DNA of 64,000 bases from an uncultured Clostridia bacterium (GCA_934456295.1 CAKSHB010000005.1:106-64105), one strand, 5' to 3'. Shown: positions 9,467 to 18,729, counted from the stretch's first letter. Notes: a model not told the origin generated them from the letters alone. Numbers and translations are program-made.

Positions 9467-10239
9467 ATGAATTTCAGTTGTCCGACGGGCGAAAATCCGC
9501 CGATTATAGATAATATAGCTTTTTTCAGTGTAACACGGCCGAAAGGATTTCAAAAAACATTTCCCGACGGAAAGGATAAAAATTCCTTTATATATACAAA
9601 AAAGGCACACTGCACTACACTTTTCGTGACTTTGAAACGATAACTGCATCATGCGGCGAGTTGGTTTTCATTCCCGAAGGCACTGTTCACACAAGCACAT
9701 ATACAGATACGGAAAACACAGTCGAAATTGCACAATTCGATATAAAAGAGGGCACTCTGCCGATGTTTCTTTCTGTACCCGCAAAAATAGAAATCGAAAA
9801 TGCAGCCGATATTTTTACTTCGTTTGATACGGAGATAGCCTCAGCCGATGACAAACTTTCGATATTTTTTATTTATAAAATGTATGAGCTGATTTGGAAC
9901 GCCTCAAAACGGCAGCCTCAAATCCCGTATAAATTTCGTAAATTGCAGCCCGTTCTTAAAGAGATAAAAACACATTTCTCGGACAACCGCAAAATTTCCT
10001 ATTACGCAGAAATTATCGGCATGAGCGAGTCGGGATTTCGCAGGCTTTTTAACGATTTTACGGGGTTTTCTCCGATTGAGTACAGAAACCGTATCCGTTT
10101 GGAAAATGCAAAAACGCTTCTGAGAAGCGGTGAATATCGTGTTGAAGAGGCGGCAGATGCTGTCGGCTTTACCAACTTATCATTTTTTTGCCGCTCGTAT
10201 AAACACCTTTTCGGTCACAGCCCCGGAAAAGAAAACTAA
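9467..10239 (+). pseudogene. AraC family regulator interrupted by a 1-nt frameshift
   Basis: Frame A (ATG 9467) reads ...KNSFIYTKK and then stops at 9641-9643. Frame B continues GTLHYTFRDFETITASCGELVFIPEGTVH (the rest of the cupin) and the AraC HTH through 10239. The two frames meet at the A6 run 9598-9603. Confidence 0.7.
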
Positions 10240-10525
10240 GACGGTTTACTTATAAATTTCACAAAAAAGGCACCGTGCAAGCAGAGCGGGATAAAATGAA
10301 AAATCACATTTTAGACTTGTATGAAGTGCCATATTTGCGTTTTGCCACAAACGGAAGCGGTGAAAAAGAAAGACTCGTTAAAAAGCTTGCCGAATTGCTT
10401 AAAACAGAGCAGCGATAATGCAGCAAACAAAATCTTTATAGACATATGCCTCCCGATAAAAAATCGAAATCAACATTTCAAGCGAAAAATTAAGAGGTTT
10501 AGTGAAGAGTGAATAAGTAATAAGT

Positions 10526-10563
10526 AAAAATCGACAAGCACGAACCGTACTTGCCGATTTTTT
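10526..10563. terminator. Hairpin abutting the tRNA-Trp 3' end
   Basis: AAAAATCGACAAG ... CTTGCCGATTTTT (one mismatch). A and T runs on both sides. Confidence 0.5.
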
Positions 10564-10638
10564 GGCAGGGGCAGAAGGATTTGAACCCTCGGCACGTGGT
10601 TTTGGAGACCACTGCTCTACCAACTGAGCTATACCCCT
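10564..10638 (-). tRNA. tRNA-Trp (anticodon CCA), CCA encoded
   Basis: The reverse complement folds as acceptor AGGGGTA/TGCCCCT, anticodon stem GTGGT/ACCAC with loop CTCCAAA, and T-loop GGTTCAAATCC. Confidence 0.9.
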
Positions 10639-10810
10639 TTATTTACAAACGATACTAATACAGTATACTACCTGATTTAAAAAATGTCAATAGTAATTTT
10701 AAAAAATTATCATGTGAAAAATTGCATGCTTTTTATGCGGCATTTTTTAGCCCAAAAAGTACAAACAAAAAGGATACCGTACTACGATATCCTGTCTTTT
10801 ATATACTTTA

Positions 10811-11074
10811 TTATTCTGAGAAATTTGAATCAATCAAATCAACCAGTGCGTCAACAGCCTGCTTTTCATCAACGCCGTCGGCAATAATATTTATGCTTGT
10901 ACCGCGCGCAATTCCGAGTGACAAAACGCCCAACAGACTCTTTGCGTTAACTTTTCTCTCTTCCTTTTCAACCCAGATGCTCGACTTGAACTCATTCGCT
11001 TTCTGAATAAAGAAAGTCGCCGGTCTTGCATGTAAACCCACCTGGTTCTGAAGAACAACTTCTTTAGAATACAT
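10811..11074 (-). CDS. ptsH: Phosphocarrier protein HPr
   Basis: GLHARPA (His15 site) and NAKSLLGVLSLG (Ser46 site). Start set at MYSKEV, behind the RBS GAGAGGGG. Confidence 0.9.
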   Translation of the reverse strand: MYSKEVVLQNQVGLHARPATFFIQKANEFKSSIWVEKEERKVNAKSLLGVLSLGIARGTSINIIADGVDEKQAVDALVDLIDSNFSE

Positions 11075-11205
11075 TACAAAATCCCCTCTCCGAATAGATA
11101 TCTCCGTACCAAACATGATGTTACTTTAAATATACTAAAAAAACACGATTTAGTCAAGTCTTTTTTAAGATTTGCGCAAGAATTATATTTGTTTATACAA
11201 AGCCT

Positions 11206-12336
11206 CTATATTCTTCGCCCTAATTTTTCGATGTTTTCGGCGCGAAATTGTGAAAAATGCCCGTTATCAAGCGCGTCACGTATCTCCTGCATAAGGTTGT
11301 TGTAAAAATACAGATTATGCAGCACACACAAACGCTGTGCCAGCATTTCCTTTGCTTTAAACAAATGGCGTATATATGCACGGCTGTAGTTTCTGCATGC
11401 CGGACAGCCGCACCCCTCCTCTATCGGATTCATGTCAAGCTCGTATTTTGCGTTCATTATATTTATAATGCCCTCATGTGTGAAAATATGCCCGTGTCTT
11501 GCGTTACGGCTCGGCATAACGCAATCAAAAAAGTCAACTCCGCGCCATACCGCTTCTATTATGTTAACAGGCGTTCCGACACCCATCAGATAGCGCGGTT
11601 TATTCTTCGGCATATACGGCTCAACCTGCTCTATTATATGATACATCTCCTCATGCGACTCACCAACCGCAAGTCCGCCTATCGCGTATCCGTCAAGGTT
11701 GAGCTGCGCTATCTGCTGCATGTGTTCTTTTCTGATATCGTCATATGTCGAGCCCTGGTTTATACCGAAAAGCATCTGCTTTTTATTTATAGTATGCTCC
11801 AGTGTATTTAAATGCTCCATCTCTTTTTTGCATCTTACAAGCCAGCGTGCCGTACGCTCCGTCGAACGCCTTACATAGTCATATGGCGACGGGTTTTCTA
11901 TACACTCATCAAATGCCATTGCTATCGTTGAGGCAAGGTTTGACTGTATACGCATGCTCTCCTCCGGTCCCATAAATATGCGTCTGCCGTCTATGTGCGA
12001 GGCAAAATATACCCCTTCCTCCTCAATGCGCCTGAGCTGTGCCAGCGAAAACACCTGAAATCCGCCGCTGTCCGTAAGTATCGGTCTGTCCCAGTTCATC
12101 ATGCGGTGCAGTCCGCCAAGCTCATGCACAACCCTGTCGCCCGGGCGCAGATGAAGATGATATGTGTTTGAAAGCTCAACCTGACAGCCTATCTCTTTCA
12201 AATCCATGCTCGAAACTGCGCCCTTTATAGCCGCACATGTGCCGACATTCATAAATACGGGCGTTTGTATTGTGCCGTGCACGGTCGAAAATTCGCCGCG
12301 GCGTGCTTTATTTTCGGTTTTTATTAATTTAAACAT
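11206..12336 (-). CDS. tgt: Queuine tRNA-ribosyltransferase
   Basis: Full-length Tgt pattern: TPVFMNVGT, LTDSGGFQ, the CxCxxC zinc motif (CGCPAC), HNL. Confidence 0.95.
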   Translation of the reverse strand: MFKLIKTENKARRGEFSTVHGTIQTPVFMNVGTCAAIKGAVSSMDLKEIGCQVELSNTYHLHLRPGDRVVHELGGLHRMMNWDRPILTDSGGFQVFSLAQLRRIEEEGVYFASHIDGRRIFMGPEESMRIQSNLASTIAMAFDECIENPSPYDYVRRSTERTARWLVRCKKEMEHLNTLEHTINKKQMLFGINQGSTYDDIRKEHMQQIAQLNLDGYAIGGLAVGESHEEMYHIIEQVEPYMPKNKPRYLMGVGTPVNIIEAVWRGVDFFDCVMPSRNARHGHIFTHEGIINIMNAKYELDMNPIEEGCGCPACRNYSRAYIRHLFKAKEMLAQRLCVLHNLYFYNNLMQEIRDALDNGHFSQFRAENIEKLGRRI

Positions 12337-12514
12337 GATTTCCCCCGAATAATAAGTATATTATTTTTTATGCATTTTTTGTCTGGACAATATAAAGCTC
12401 CTGCTTAAATATCCTGTACTAATATATTTTATACACTTTTCATACATATTGTCAACCGTTTAATAACTGTTTTCACTCTTTTTCAATCAATTTTAACAAG
12501 TTTTTCGACAACTG

Positions 12515-12543
12515 TTGACAATTATATACAAGCGTGTTATAAT
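12515..12543 (+). promoter_or_regulatory. Consensus SigA promoter of the xpt operon leader
   Basis: TTGACA (12515-12520), 17-nt spacer, TATAAT (12538-12543). Confidence 0.65.
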
Positions 12544-12565
12544 CATAGCGTAAATCAAATAATTG

Positions 12566-12713
12566 CCAATATAATTCCGCGTAAATCGGTGCGGAAGTTT
12601 CTACCGCAACACCACAATATTGTGCTGCCGTGCGGCGTTTTTGTTTTTGCAGGGCGCTCGGCATCACTGCAAAGCGGCAGCGCCGTCTTTGTTTTAAAGC
12701 TTGCGACTATTGG
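12566..12713 (+). promoter_or_regulatory. Purine (guanine-class) riboswitch-like aptamer with a 91-nt insertion in P3
   Basis: P1 CCAATA (12566-71) / TATTGG (12708-13). J1/2 TAA. P2 TTCCGCG/TGCGGAA with a loop ending GG. J2/3 GTTTCTAC. P3 base CGCAA (12605-09) / TTGCG (12701-05). Then A and C12707 at the specificity position. The junction matches the canonical xpt aptamer position by position, but 12610-12700 replaces the usual 7-nt L3. Confidence 0.55.
12622..12695 (+). terminator. Long terminator-like hairpin inside the riboswitch P3 insert
   Basis: GTGCTGCCG (12622-30) pairs with CGGCAGCGC (12675-83). Inner stem TTTGCAG (12646-52) / CTGCAAA (12667-73). Followed by CGTCTTTGTTTT. Confidence 0.5.
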
Positions 12714-12825
12714 AGAATATACTTTTGCTTTTATTTGAAGATTTTTTTCAGATTTAAAAGTTTATTTCGGATTTTGTTCCGTTTGTTTTTCGGATAATCC
12801 GGAGGTATATCCTGTTTGTTGGCGG

Positions 12826-12850
12826 CGTACTTTGCAAAGTATGCTTTTTT
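12826..12850 (+). terminator. Second terminator-like hairpin in the xpt leader
   Basis: GCGTACTTTGCAAAGTATGC (palindromic stem) followed by TTTTTTCATTTTTT, about 105 nt upstream of the xpt ATG. Confidence 0.4.
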
Positions 12851-12955
12851 CATTTTTTAACTGTTTTAAAACCGCATCTGTGACATACAAACGGTACGGT
12901 TCACTGTTTTTTTGACTATTTACAGCGGCGCATGACGCCGGAACGGAGATTTTAT

Positions 12956-13537
12956 ATGAAGCTTCTTGAGGACAGAATTATAAAAGAAGGAAAAGTATTG
13001 TCAGACCGCATACTGAAGGTCGGCAGCTTTTTAAACCAGCAGATAGACCCTTCTCTCATGTATGAAATAGGAGCGGAAATTTATAGGCTTTTTAAAGATG
13101 ACGGTGTTACAAAAATCGTTACCGTCGAAGCCTCCGGAATTGCAATCGCTCTTGCGGCGGCATATCACTTCAAGGTTCCCGCGATATTTGCAAAAAAGGG
13201 CAGCTCAAGCAACGTTGAAACAAACGATTTGCTCAAAGCCCCCGTGAGGTCGTTTACGAAAAATACTGTGTACGAGGTCAGCATAAGCAGAGAATATATT
13301 TCTCCCTCGGACAAAATTCTTATCGTTGACGACTTTTTGGCGTCGGGAAATGCACTGGAAGGTCTTATCGAAATTGCATCACAGGCAGGCGCGTCTGTTG
13401 CAGGCGCCGCGATTGCGATAGAAAAGGGTTTTCAAAACGGCGGCGACCGTCTCAGGAATGAGGGAATACGCGTTGAGTCGCTCGCAATTATTGACAAAAT
13501 GGCTCCCGGAGAAATCACTTTCCGCGCACAGCCGTAA
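12956..13537 (+). CDS. xpt: Xanthine phosphoribosyltransferase
   Basis: MKLLEDRIIKEGKVL...ILKVGSFLNQQID and the PRPP motif ILIVDDFLASGNA. ATG at 12956 follows GGAG. Confidence 0.9.
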   Translation: MKLLEDRIIKEGKVLSDRILKVGSFLNQQIDPSLMYEIGAEIYRLFKDDGVTKIVTVEASGIAIALAAAYHFKVPAIFAKKGSSSNVETNDLLKAPVRSFTKNTVYEVSISREYISPSDKILIVDDFLASGNALEGLIEIASQAGASVAGAAIAIEKGFQNGGDRLRNEGIRVESLAIIDKMAPGEITFRAQP

Positions 13538-13602
13538 CTGACTTTGATGTAACTTTAGTTTACATATATTTTAAATTATGCCGAAAGGCGGGAGGTATTA
13601 TT

Positions 13603-14820
13603 ATGAAGAAAATCTTTTCACTGTTGATGGCAGCCGTTATGCTGCTTTCCTGCATCATGCTTACTGCATGCAGCGGCGGACAGACAAACAGCACAGATGA
13701 TACCCAGACATCTGCAAAAGACATTAAAGTAGGTTTTATTTTCCTCCACGATGAAAACTCAACCTATGACAAAAACTTCATGGACGCTGCTACAGCTGCA
13801 AAAAAGGCTCTCGGTCTTAAAGATGACCAGGTTATGTTTAAAACAAACATTCCCGAGTCGAACGAGTGCTATGAAGCAGCAGCAAGCCTTGTTGACGCAG
13901 GTTGCGACATCGTATTCGCTGACAGTTTCGGTCACGAAGATTTCATAATCCAGGCTGCAAAAGAGTTCCCCAACACTGTTTTTGCACATGCTACGGGAAC
14001 AAAAGCTCACACAGAAAAGCTTCCTAACTACTACAACGCTTTCGCTTCCATATATGAAGGCCGTTTCCTGGCAGGTGTTGCTGCAGGACTGAAGCTCAAC
14101 GAGATGATTGACAGCGGTAAAATCACGGCAGAGCAGGCAAAGATGGGTTATGTCGGCGCATATCCGTATGCAGAGGTTAAGTCCGGCTACACATCATACT
14201 TCCTCGGCGCACGCTCGGTTTGCCCGTCGGTAACAATGGAAGTTAAGTTCACAAACTCATGGTTTGATATAGCTGCGGAGAAGGAAACCGCTAACGCGCT
14301 TATCGCTGACGGCTGCGTACTTATAAGCCAGCATGCTGACTCTGAGGGCGCTCCCAAAGCTTGTGAAGAAGCAGGTGTTCCGAACGTTGCATACAACCTT
14401 GACACACGTGAATGGGGTCCGAACACAGCTCTCATTTCATCAAAGATTAACTGGGAGCCTTATTTTGAGCACCTTATCACATCTGTTCAGAAGGGTACTT
14501 CAATCACACAGGATTTCTCGGGCGGACTTAAAGACGACGTTGTTCAAATTCTCGGTCTTAACGACAAAGTTGCCGCTAAAGGTACACAGGAGAAACTTGA
14601 CGAAGTAAAGGCAAAACTCATCTCGGGCGATATAAAGGTATTTGATACATCAACGTTTACTGTTGACGGTAAAACTGTTACGGAATACAAAGCAGACGTT
14701 GATTCCGACGCTGCATTCACACCCGATACAGAAGTTGTATCCGATGGATACTTCCATGAATCGGAAATGCGTTCGGCTCCGTACTTTGACCTTAACATTG
14801 ACGGTATAACAATAAAATAA
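13603..14820 (+). CDS. BMP-family (PnrA/Med-like) ABC transporter substrate-binding lipoprotein, probable nucleoside binding
   Basis: Lipobox LTAC. BMP-family pattern (KVGFIFLHDENSTYDKNF, GYVGAYPYAEV). Confidence 0.85.
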   Translation: MKKIFSLLMAAVMLLSCIMLTACSGGQTNSTDDTQTSAKDIKVGFIFLHDENSTYDKNFMDAATAAKKALGLKDDQVMFKTNIPESNECYEAAASLVDAGCDIVFADSFGHEDFIIQAAKEFPNTVFAHATGTKAHTEKLPNYYNAFASIYEGRFLAGVAAGLKLNEMIDSGKITAEQAKMGYVGAYPYAEVKSGYTSYFLGARSVCPSVTMEVKFTNSWFDIAAEKETANALIADGCVLISQHADSEGAPKACEEAGVPNVAYNLDTREWGPNTALISSKINWEPYFEHLITSVQKGTSITQDFSGGLKDDVVQILGLNDKVAAKGTQEKLDEVKAKLISGDIKVFDTSTFTVDGKTVTEYKADVDSDAAFTPDTEVVSDGYFHESEMRSAPYFDLNIDGITIK

Positions 14821-14843
14821 AAAGCTTAAATTAAATAACGTGC

Positions 14844-14892
14844 CCTCATGCAGAGACATTGTGCCCTGCATGAGGTGTTTTCGTTTTTTTGT
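14844..14892 (+). terminator. Intra-operon hairpin/attenuator after the binding-protein gene
   Basis: CCTCATGCAG (14844-53) / CTGCATGAGG (14866-75) followed by a T-rich tract. Confidence 0.5.
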
Positions 14893-15059
14893 TTTTTATA
14901 AAAAGTATAGAAATTTTGGTAAAAATACGTAAATTTCGCTCTGAACAAAATTCATACGGTAAAAATATCAAGTTTTTGGTTTTGCATGCAGCCGCTTTTC
15001 CGAATGTATTTCCGGTATGGGTTTTGTTGAGAGTGAAATATGAAATCAGGAGGAATTTT

Positions 15060-16604
15060 ATGTCTTCTACAACGGCAATTGAACTCAGAAACATAACAAA
15101 GACATTCGGCTCCGTAACAGCCAACAAAAATGTCTGCATGAGTGTAAACAAAGGCGAGATACTGTCTGTGCTCGGAGAAAACGGAAGCGGAAAAACAACG
15201 CTTATGAACATGATTTCGGGCATTTACTTTCCCGACGAAGGGCAAATCTTCATAAACGGCGAAGAGGTTGTTATCCGTTCGCCGAAGGACGCATATGAGT
15301 ACAAAATCGGCATGATACATCAGCATTTTAAACTTGTTGATGTGTTTACTGCCGCAGAAAACATAATTCTCGGACTTGACACAAAGAAAAAGTTTGATAT
15401 AAAATCCGCGGAGAAAAAGGTTCGCGAAATAGCGGACAGATACGGTTTTATTATTGACCCGAACAAGAAGATATATGAGATGTCCGTTTCGGAAAAACAG
15501 ACCGTTGAAATAATAAGGGTTTTATACCGCGGCTCCGATATCCTCGTTCTTGATGAGCCGACAGCCGTACTTACGCCGCAGGAAACAAAGAAGCTTTTTG
15601 CGGTACTGCGCAACATGAGAAATGACGGCAAAGCAATCATAATCATCACGCACAAGCTTAATGAGGTTCTTGAAATTTCCGACCGCGTTTCCGTTTTGCG
15701 TAAAGGTGAATACATAGGAACCGTGAACACCTCCGAAACCTCGGAATCGGAGCTTACCGAAATGATGGTAGGCAAAAAAATTTCGCTCAACATTGAGCGC
15801 AGCGAGCCGGAAAATCCGGTTGACCGCCTGAAGGTTGAACATATAAACTGCATGAACCGTGAGGGTGCAACGCTGCTTAATGACGTTTCGTTTACGGCGC
15901 GCTCGGGAGAAATCCTCGGTATTGCCGGTATTGCGGGCAGCGGACAGCGCGAGCTTCTGGAAGCAATAGCCGGTTTGCAGCATGTTGACAGCGGAAGTAT
16001 TCTGTATTTTAACCCCAAAACGGGCGAAACGGAAAACCTCAGGGATAAAACCCCGATGGAAATCCGCGACATGGGTGTGCGGCTGTCATTTGTGCCGGAG
16101 GACAGACTCGGCATGGGACTTGTCGGCAACATGGACATAATTGATAACATGATGCTCAGAAGCTACCGCAAGGGAAAATCGGTATTTCTTGAGAGAAAGG
16201 CGCCGAAAAATCTTGCCGAGGAGATAATAGACAGGCTTGAGGTTGTAACACCCAGTGCAAATACTCCCGTAAGAAAGCTCTCGGGCGGAAATGTGCAAAA
16301 GGTTCTTGTCGGTCGCGAAATTGCATCTTCGCCGACAGTATTGATGGCGGCTTATCCCGTGAGAGGGCTTGACATAAACTCATCATACACGATATACAAC
16401 CTTTTAAACGAGCAGAAACGCCGCGGTGTTGCGGTAATACTGGTTGGTGAGGACCTCGATGTGCTGCTTGAGCTGTGTGACAGAATTGTTGTAATATGCG
16501 GCGGCGCAATAAGTGATATCGTTGATGCACGCACAACCACAAAAGAAAAGGTCGGACTTCTTATGACCGGCTCAAAAAAGGGGGCTGACGCTGATGAAAA
16601 ATAA
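15060..16604 (+). CDS. ABC transporter ATP-binding protein with two fused nucleotide-binding domains
   Basis: Two Walker A sites (GENGSGKTT, GIAGSGQRE) and two LSGG-type signatures. Start moved to ATG 15060 behind AGGAGG; the track ORF starts 171 nt too early. Confidence 0.9.
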   Translation: MSSTTAIELRNITKTFGSVTANKNVCMSVNKGEILSVLGENGSGKTTLMNMISGIYFPDEGQIFINGEEVVIRSPKDAYEYKIGMIHQHFKLVDVFTAAENIILGLDTKKKFDIKSAEKKVREIADRYGFIIDPNKKIYEMSVSEKQTVEIIRVLYRGSDILVLDEPTAVLTPQETKKLFAVLRNMRNDGKAIIIITHKLNEVLEISDRVSVLRKGEYIGTVNTSETSESELTEMMVGKKISLNIERSEPENPVDRLKVEHINCMNREGATLLNDVSFTARSGEILGIAGIAGSGQRELLEAIAGLQHVDSGSILYFNPKTGETENLRDKTPMEIRDMGVRLSFVPEDRLGMGLVGNMDIIDNMMLRSYRKGKSVFLERKAPKNLAEEIIDRLEVVTPSANTPVRKLSGGNVQKVLVGREIASSPTVLMAAYPVRGLDINSSYTIYNLLNEQKRRGVAVILVGEDLDVLLELCDRIVVICGGAISDIVDARTTTKEKVGLLMTGSKKGADADEK

Positions 16605-17703
16605 AGAAAAGCATGCCCATGAACCGCTTATACAGGTTGTGAAGCGTGCAGACATGGTGTGGTACAAATCCTGGACAATCAGGCTTATTGCCGTTGTAAT
16701 TGCGCTTTTGTTATGCGCTCTCGTTATAGTTCTGCTGACAGGCTATAACCCTATTCAGATTTATGTTTCCATGTTTGAGGGAACTTTTGGTTCAACGCGT
16801 AAGCTCTGGAATACTCTGCAAAAGCTGGCAATGCTTCTGTGTATATCGCTCGCCGTAACCCCTGCTTTTAAAATGAAGTTCTGGAACATCGGCGCAGAGG
16901 GACAGTCGCTTGTCGGTGGGCTTGCCGCTGCGGCATTCATGATATATTTTGGCGACACAATGAGCCCATATATCCTGTTTCCGCTCATGTTCATAGCGTC
17001 ACTTCTCGCGGGCATGATATGGGGCGTTATTCCGGCATATTTTAAGGCGAAGTTTAACACAAACGAAACACTGTTCACTCTTATGATGAACTATATCGCC
17101 ATGCAAATTGTTTCCTTCTGCATAGTTTTCTGGGAAAATCCGAAGGACTCAAACACAGTCGGCGTTATTAACCGTGCAACCGAAGGCGGCTGGCTTCCGA
17201 CGTTGTTTGGGCAGAAATACCTTCTGAACATACTGATTGTTGCCGTAATTACGCTTATTATGTACATATATCTGCGCTACAGCAAGCACGGCTACGAAAT
17301 TTCCGTTGTCGGTGAAAGTGAGAACACGGCAAAATATATCGGTATAAATGTAAAAAAAGTTATAATAAGAACGATGGCGCTTTCGGGCGCACTGTGCGGT
17401 ATAGCGGGTCTGTTGCTCGTTGCCGGCACAGACCACACCATAAACACCAACACCGTCGGCGGCATGGGCTTTACGGCAATAATGGTATCATGGCTGGCGA
17501 AATTTAACCCGATATTTATGACGCTGACATCATTTCTTATTGTCTTTCTGGAGCGCGGCGCAAGCGAAATTGCAACCGCATTCCAGCTGAATGAAAGCGT
17601 TTCCTCGATATTGACGGGTATTATACTGTTCTTCATTATCGGCAGTGAGTTTTTTGTTCAGTATAAAATTAATATTCGTGCAAAGCATAAGGAGGAGAAA
17701 TAA
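16594..17703 (+). CDS. ABC transporter permease (nucleoside/sugar type)
   Basis: Multi-pass hydrophobic protein. It overlaps the ATPase stop by 11 nt. Confidence 0.85.
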   Translation: MKNKEKHAHEPLIQVVKRADMVWYKSWTIRLIAVVIALLLCALVIVLLTGYNPIQIYVSMFEGTFGSTRKLWNTLQKLAMLLCISLAVTPAFKMKFWNIGAEGQSLVGGLAAAAFMIYFGDTMSPYILFPLMFIASLLAGMIWGVIPAYFKAKFNTNETLFTLMMNYIAMQIVSFCIVFWENPKDSNTVGVINRATEGGWLPTLFGQKYLLNILIVAVITLIMYIYLRYSKHGYEISVVGESENTAKYIGINVKKVIIRTMALSGALCGIAGLLLVAGTDHTINTNTVGGMGFTAIMVSWLAKFNPIFMTLTSFLIVFLERGASEIATAFQLNESVSSILTGIILFFIIGSEFFVQYKINIRAKHKEEK

Positions 17704-17705
17704 GA

Positions 17706-18680
17706 ATGTTTGCAACTATTATAAGCAAAGCAATCACACAGGGCATACCTCTTCTGTTTGGCTCAACGGGCGAAATAATAACCGAAAAATCGGGTAATCT
17801 TAACCTCGGTATTCCGGGCATAATGTATATGGGCGGCAGCGCCGGCGTAATCGGGGCATATCTGTACGAACGCTCGGTCGATGTGCCGCAGCCGTTCTGG
17901 TGCATAACAATTCCGCTTCTCGCCGCACTTATAGGTGCAGGTTTTGCCGCATTTATATACAGCTTTCTGACAATAACGCTGCGTGCAAACCAGAATGTGA
18001 CGGGTCTTGCGCTTACGACCTTCGGCGTCGGCTTCGGCGATTTCTTCGGCGGCTCGCTCACAAAGATTTTTGCGGACGGAGGAAATCTGTCGGTAAAGAC
18101 TACCGCCGACTATTTTAAAACACCTCTGCCGTTTGCAAATGACCTCGGAGCGATAGGAACAATATTTTTCTCATACGGCTTTTTGGCATATCTCGCCGTT
18201 GTCATAGCGCTTGCTGCGTCATGGTTTTTAAACCGTACACGCACGGGACTGCATCTCCGCGCAGTAGGAGAAAATCCTGCCACAGCCGATGCTGCCGGAA
18301 TTAACGTTACAAAGTATAAATACCTTGCAACATGTATCGGAGGCGCAATCGCAGGCCTCGGCGGATTATACTTTATTATGGATTATACGGGCGGCTCGTG
18401 GACAAACGGCGGTTTCGGCGACCGCGGCTGGCTCGCGATTGCACTTGTTATATTTGCACTGTGGAAACCGAATGTCAGCATTTTGGGTTCATTTGTATTC
18501 GGCGGACTTTACATTGCATATTCATATATATCGGGGCTCAGCAGAAGCTCGGTTGCTATATTTAACATGCTTCCGTATGTTGTGACGATTTTGGTGCTTA
18601 TTCTGACAAGCGTCCGCAACAAAAAGGAAAATCAGCCTCCGGCATCGCTGGGACTTGCATATTTCCGTGAGGACCGATAG
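17706..18680 (+). CDS. ABC transporter permease (second subunit)
   Basis: Multi-pass hydrophobic protein starting 2 nt after the previous stop. Confidence 0.85.
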   Translation: MFATIISKAITQGIPLLFGSTGEIITEKSGNLNLGIPGIMYMGGSAGVIGAYLYERSVDVPQPFWCITIPLLAALIGAGFAAFIYSFLTITLRANQNVTGLALTTFGVGFGDFFGGSLTKIFADGGNLSVKTTADYFKTPLPFANDLGAIGTIFFSYGFLAYLAVVIALAASWFLNRTRTGLHLRAVGENPATADAAGINVTKYKYLATCIGGAIAGLGGLYFIMDYTGGSWTNGGFGDRGWLAIALVIFALWKPNVSILGSFVFGGLYIAYSYISGLSRSSVAIFNMLPYVVTILVLILTSVRNKKENQPPASLGLAYFREDR

Positions 18681-18729
18681 TAAACTATGAGCGCGGCAAA
18701 AGCCGCATATATGAAAGGTGGTAACCAAT

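Noticed and set aside
10399-10623. 74-aa minus-strand ORF, and the 63-aa plus-strand ORF at 10321-10512.
   Set aside because: The first reads straight through tRNA-Trp and its terminator. The second has no RBS and overlaps the better-looking 40-codon ORF. Neither has a recognisable motif.
12473-12667. 64-aa minus-strand ORF in the tgt-xpt intergenic region.
   Set aside because: It overlaps the consensus xpt promoter and the riboswitch-like aptamer. It has no RBS, and its composition is dictated by the RNA structure on the other strand.
14889-15059. N-terminal extensions proposed by the ORF track. These affect the ABC ATPase here, and also nrdD (36052), wecB (59916), yicC (34934), gmk (33626), ptsH (11116), the AroD-like gene (4412) and the MocA-C-like gene (42468).
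   Set aside because: The extensions have no homology-like sequence. They overlap promoters, terminators or upstream genes. Good RBS-plus-start combinations exist at the position where the conserved N-terminus begins.
15320-16150. Long antisense ORF (276 aa) opposite the ABC ATPase gene. Similar long antisense ORFs occur at 7036-7824, 30671-31521, 33925-34548, 42464-43096, 52808-53776 and 55082-55738.
   Set aside because: All lie opposite genes with unmistakable family motifs. They are Ser/Phe/Leu/Cys-rich and low in complexity, lack RBSs, and are the expected mirror image of Glu/Lys/Ala-rich sense frames.
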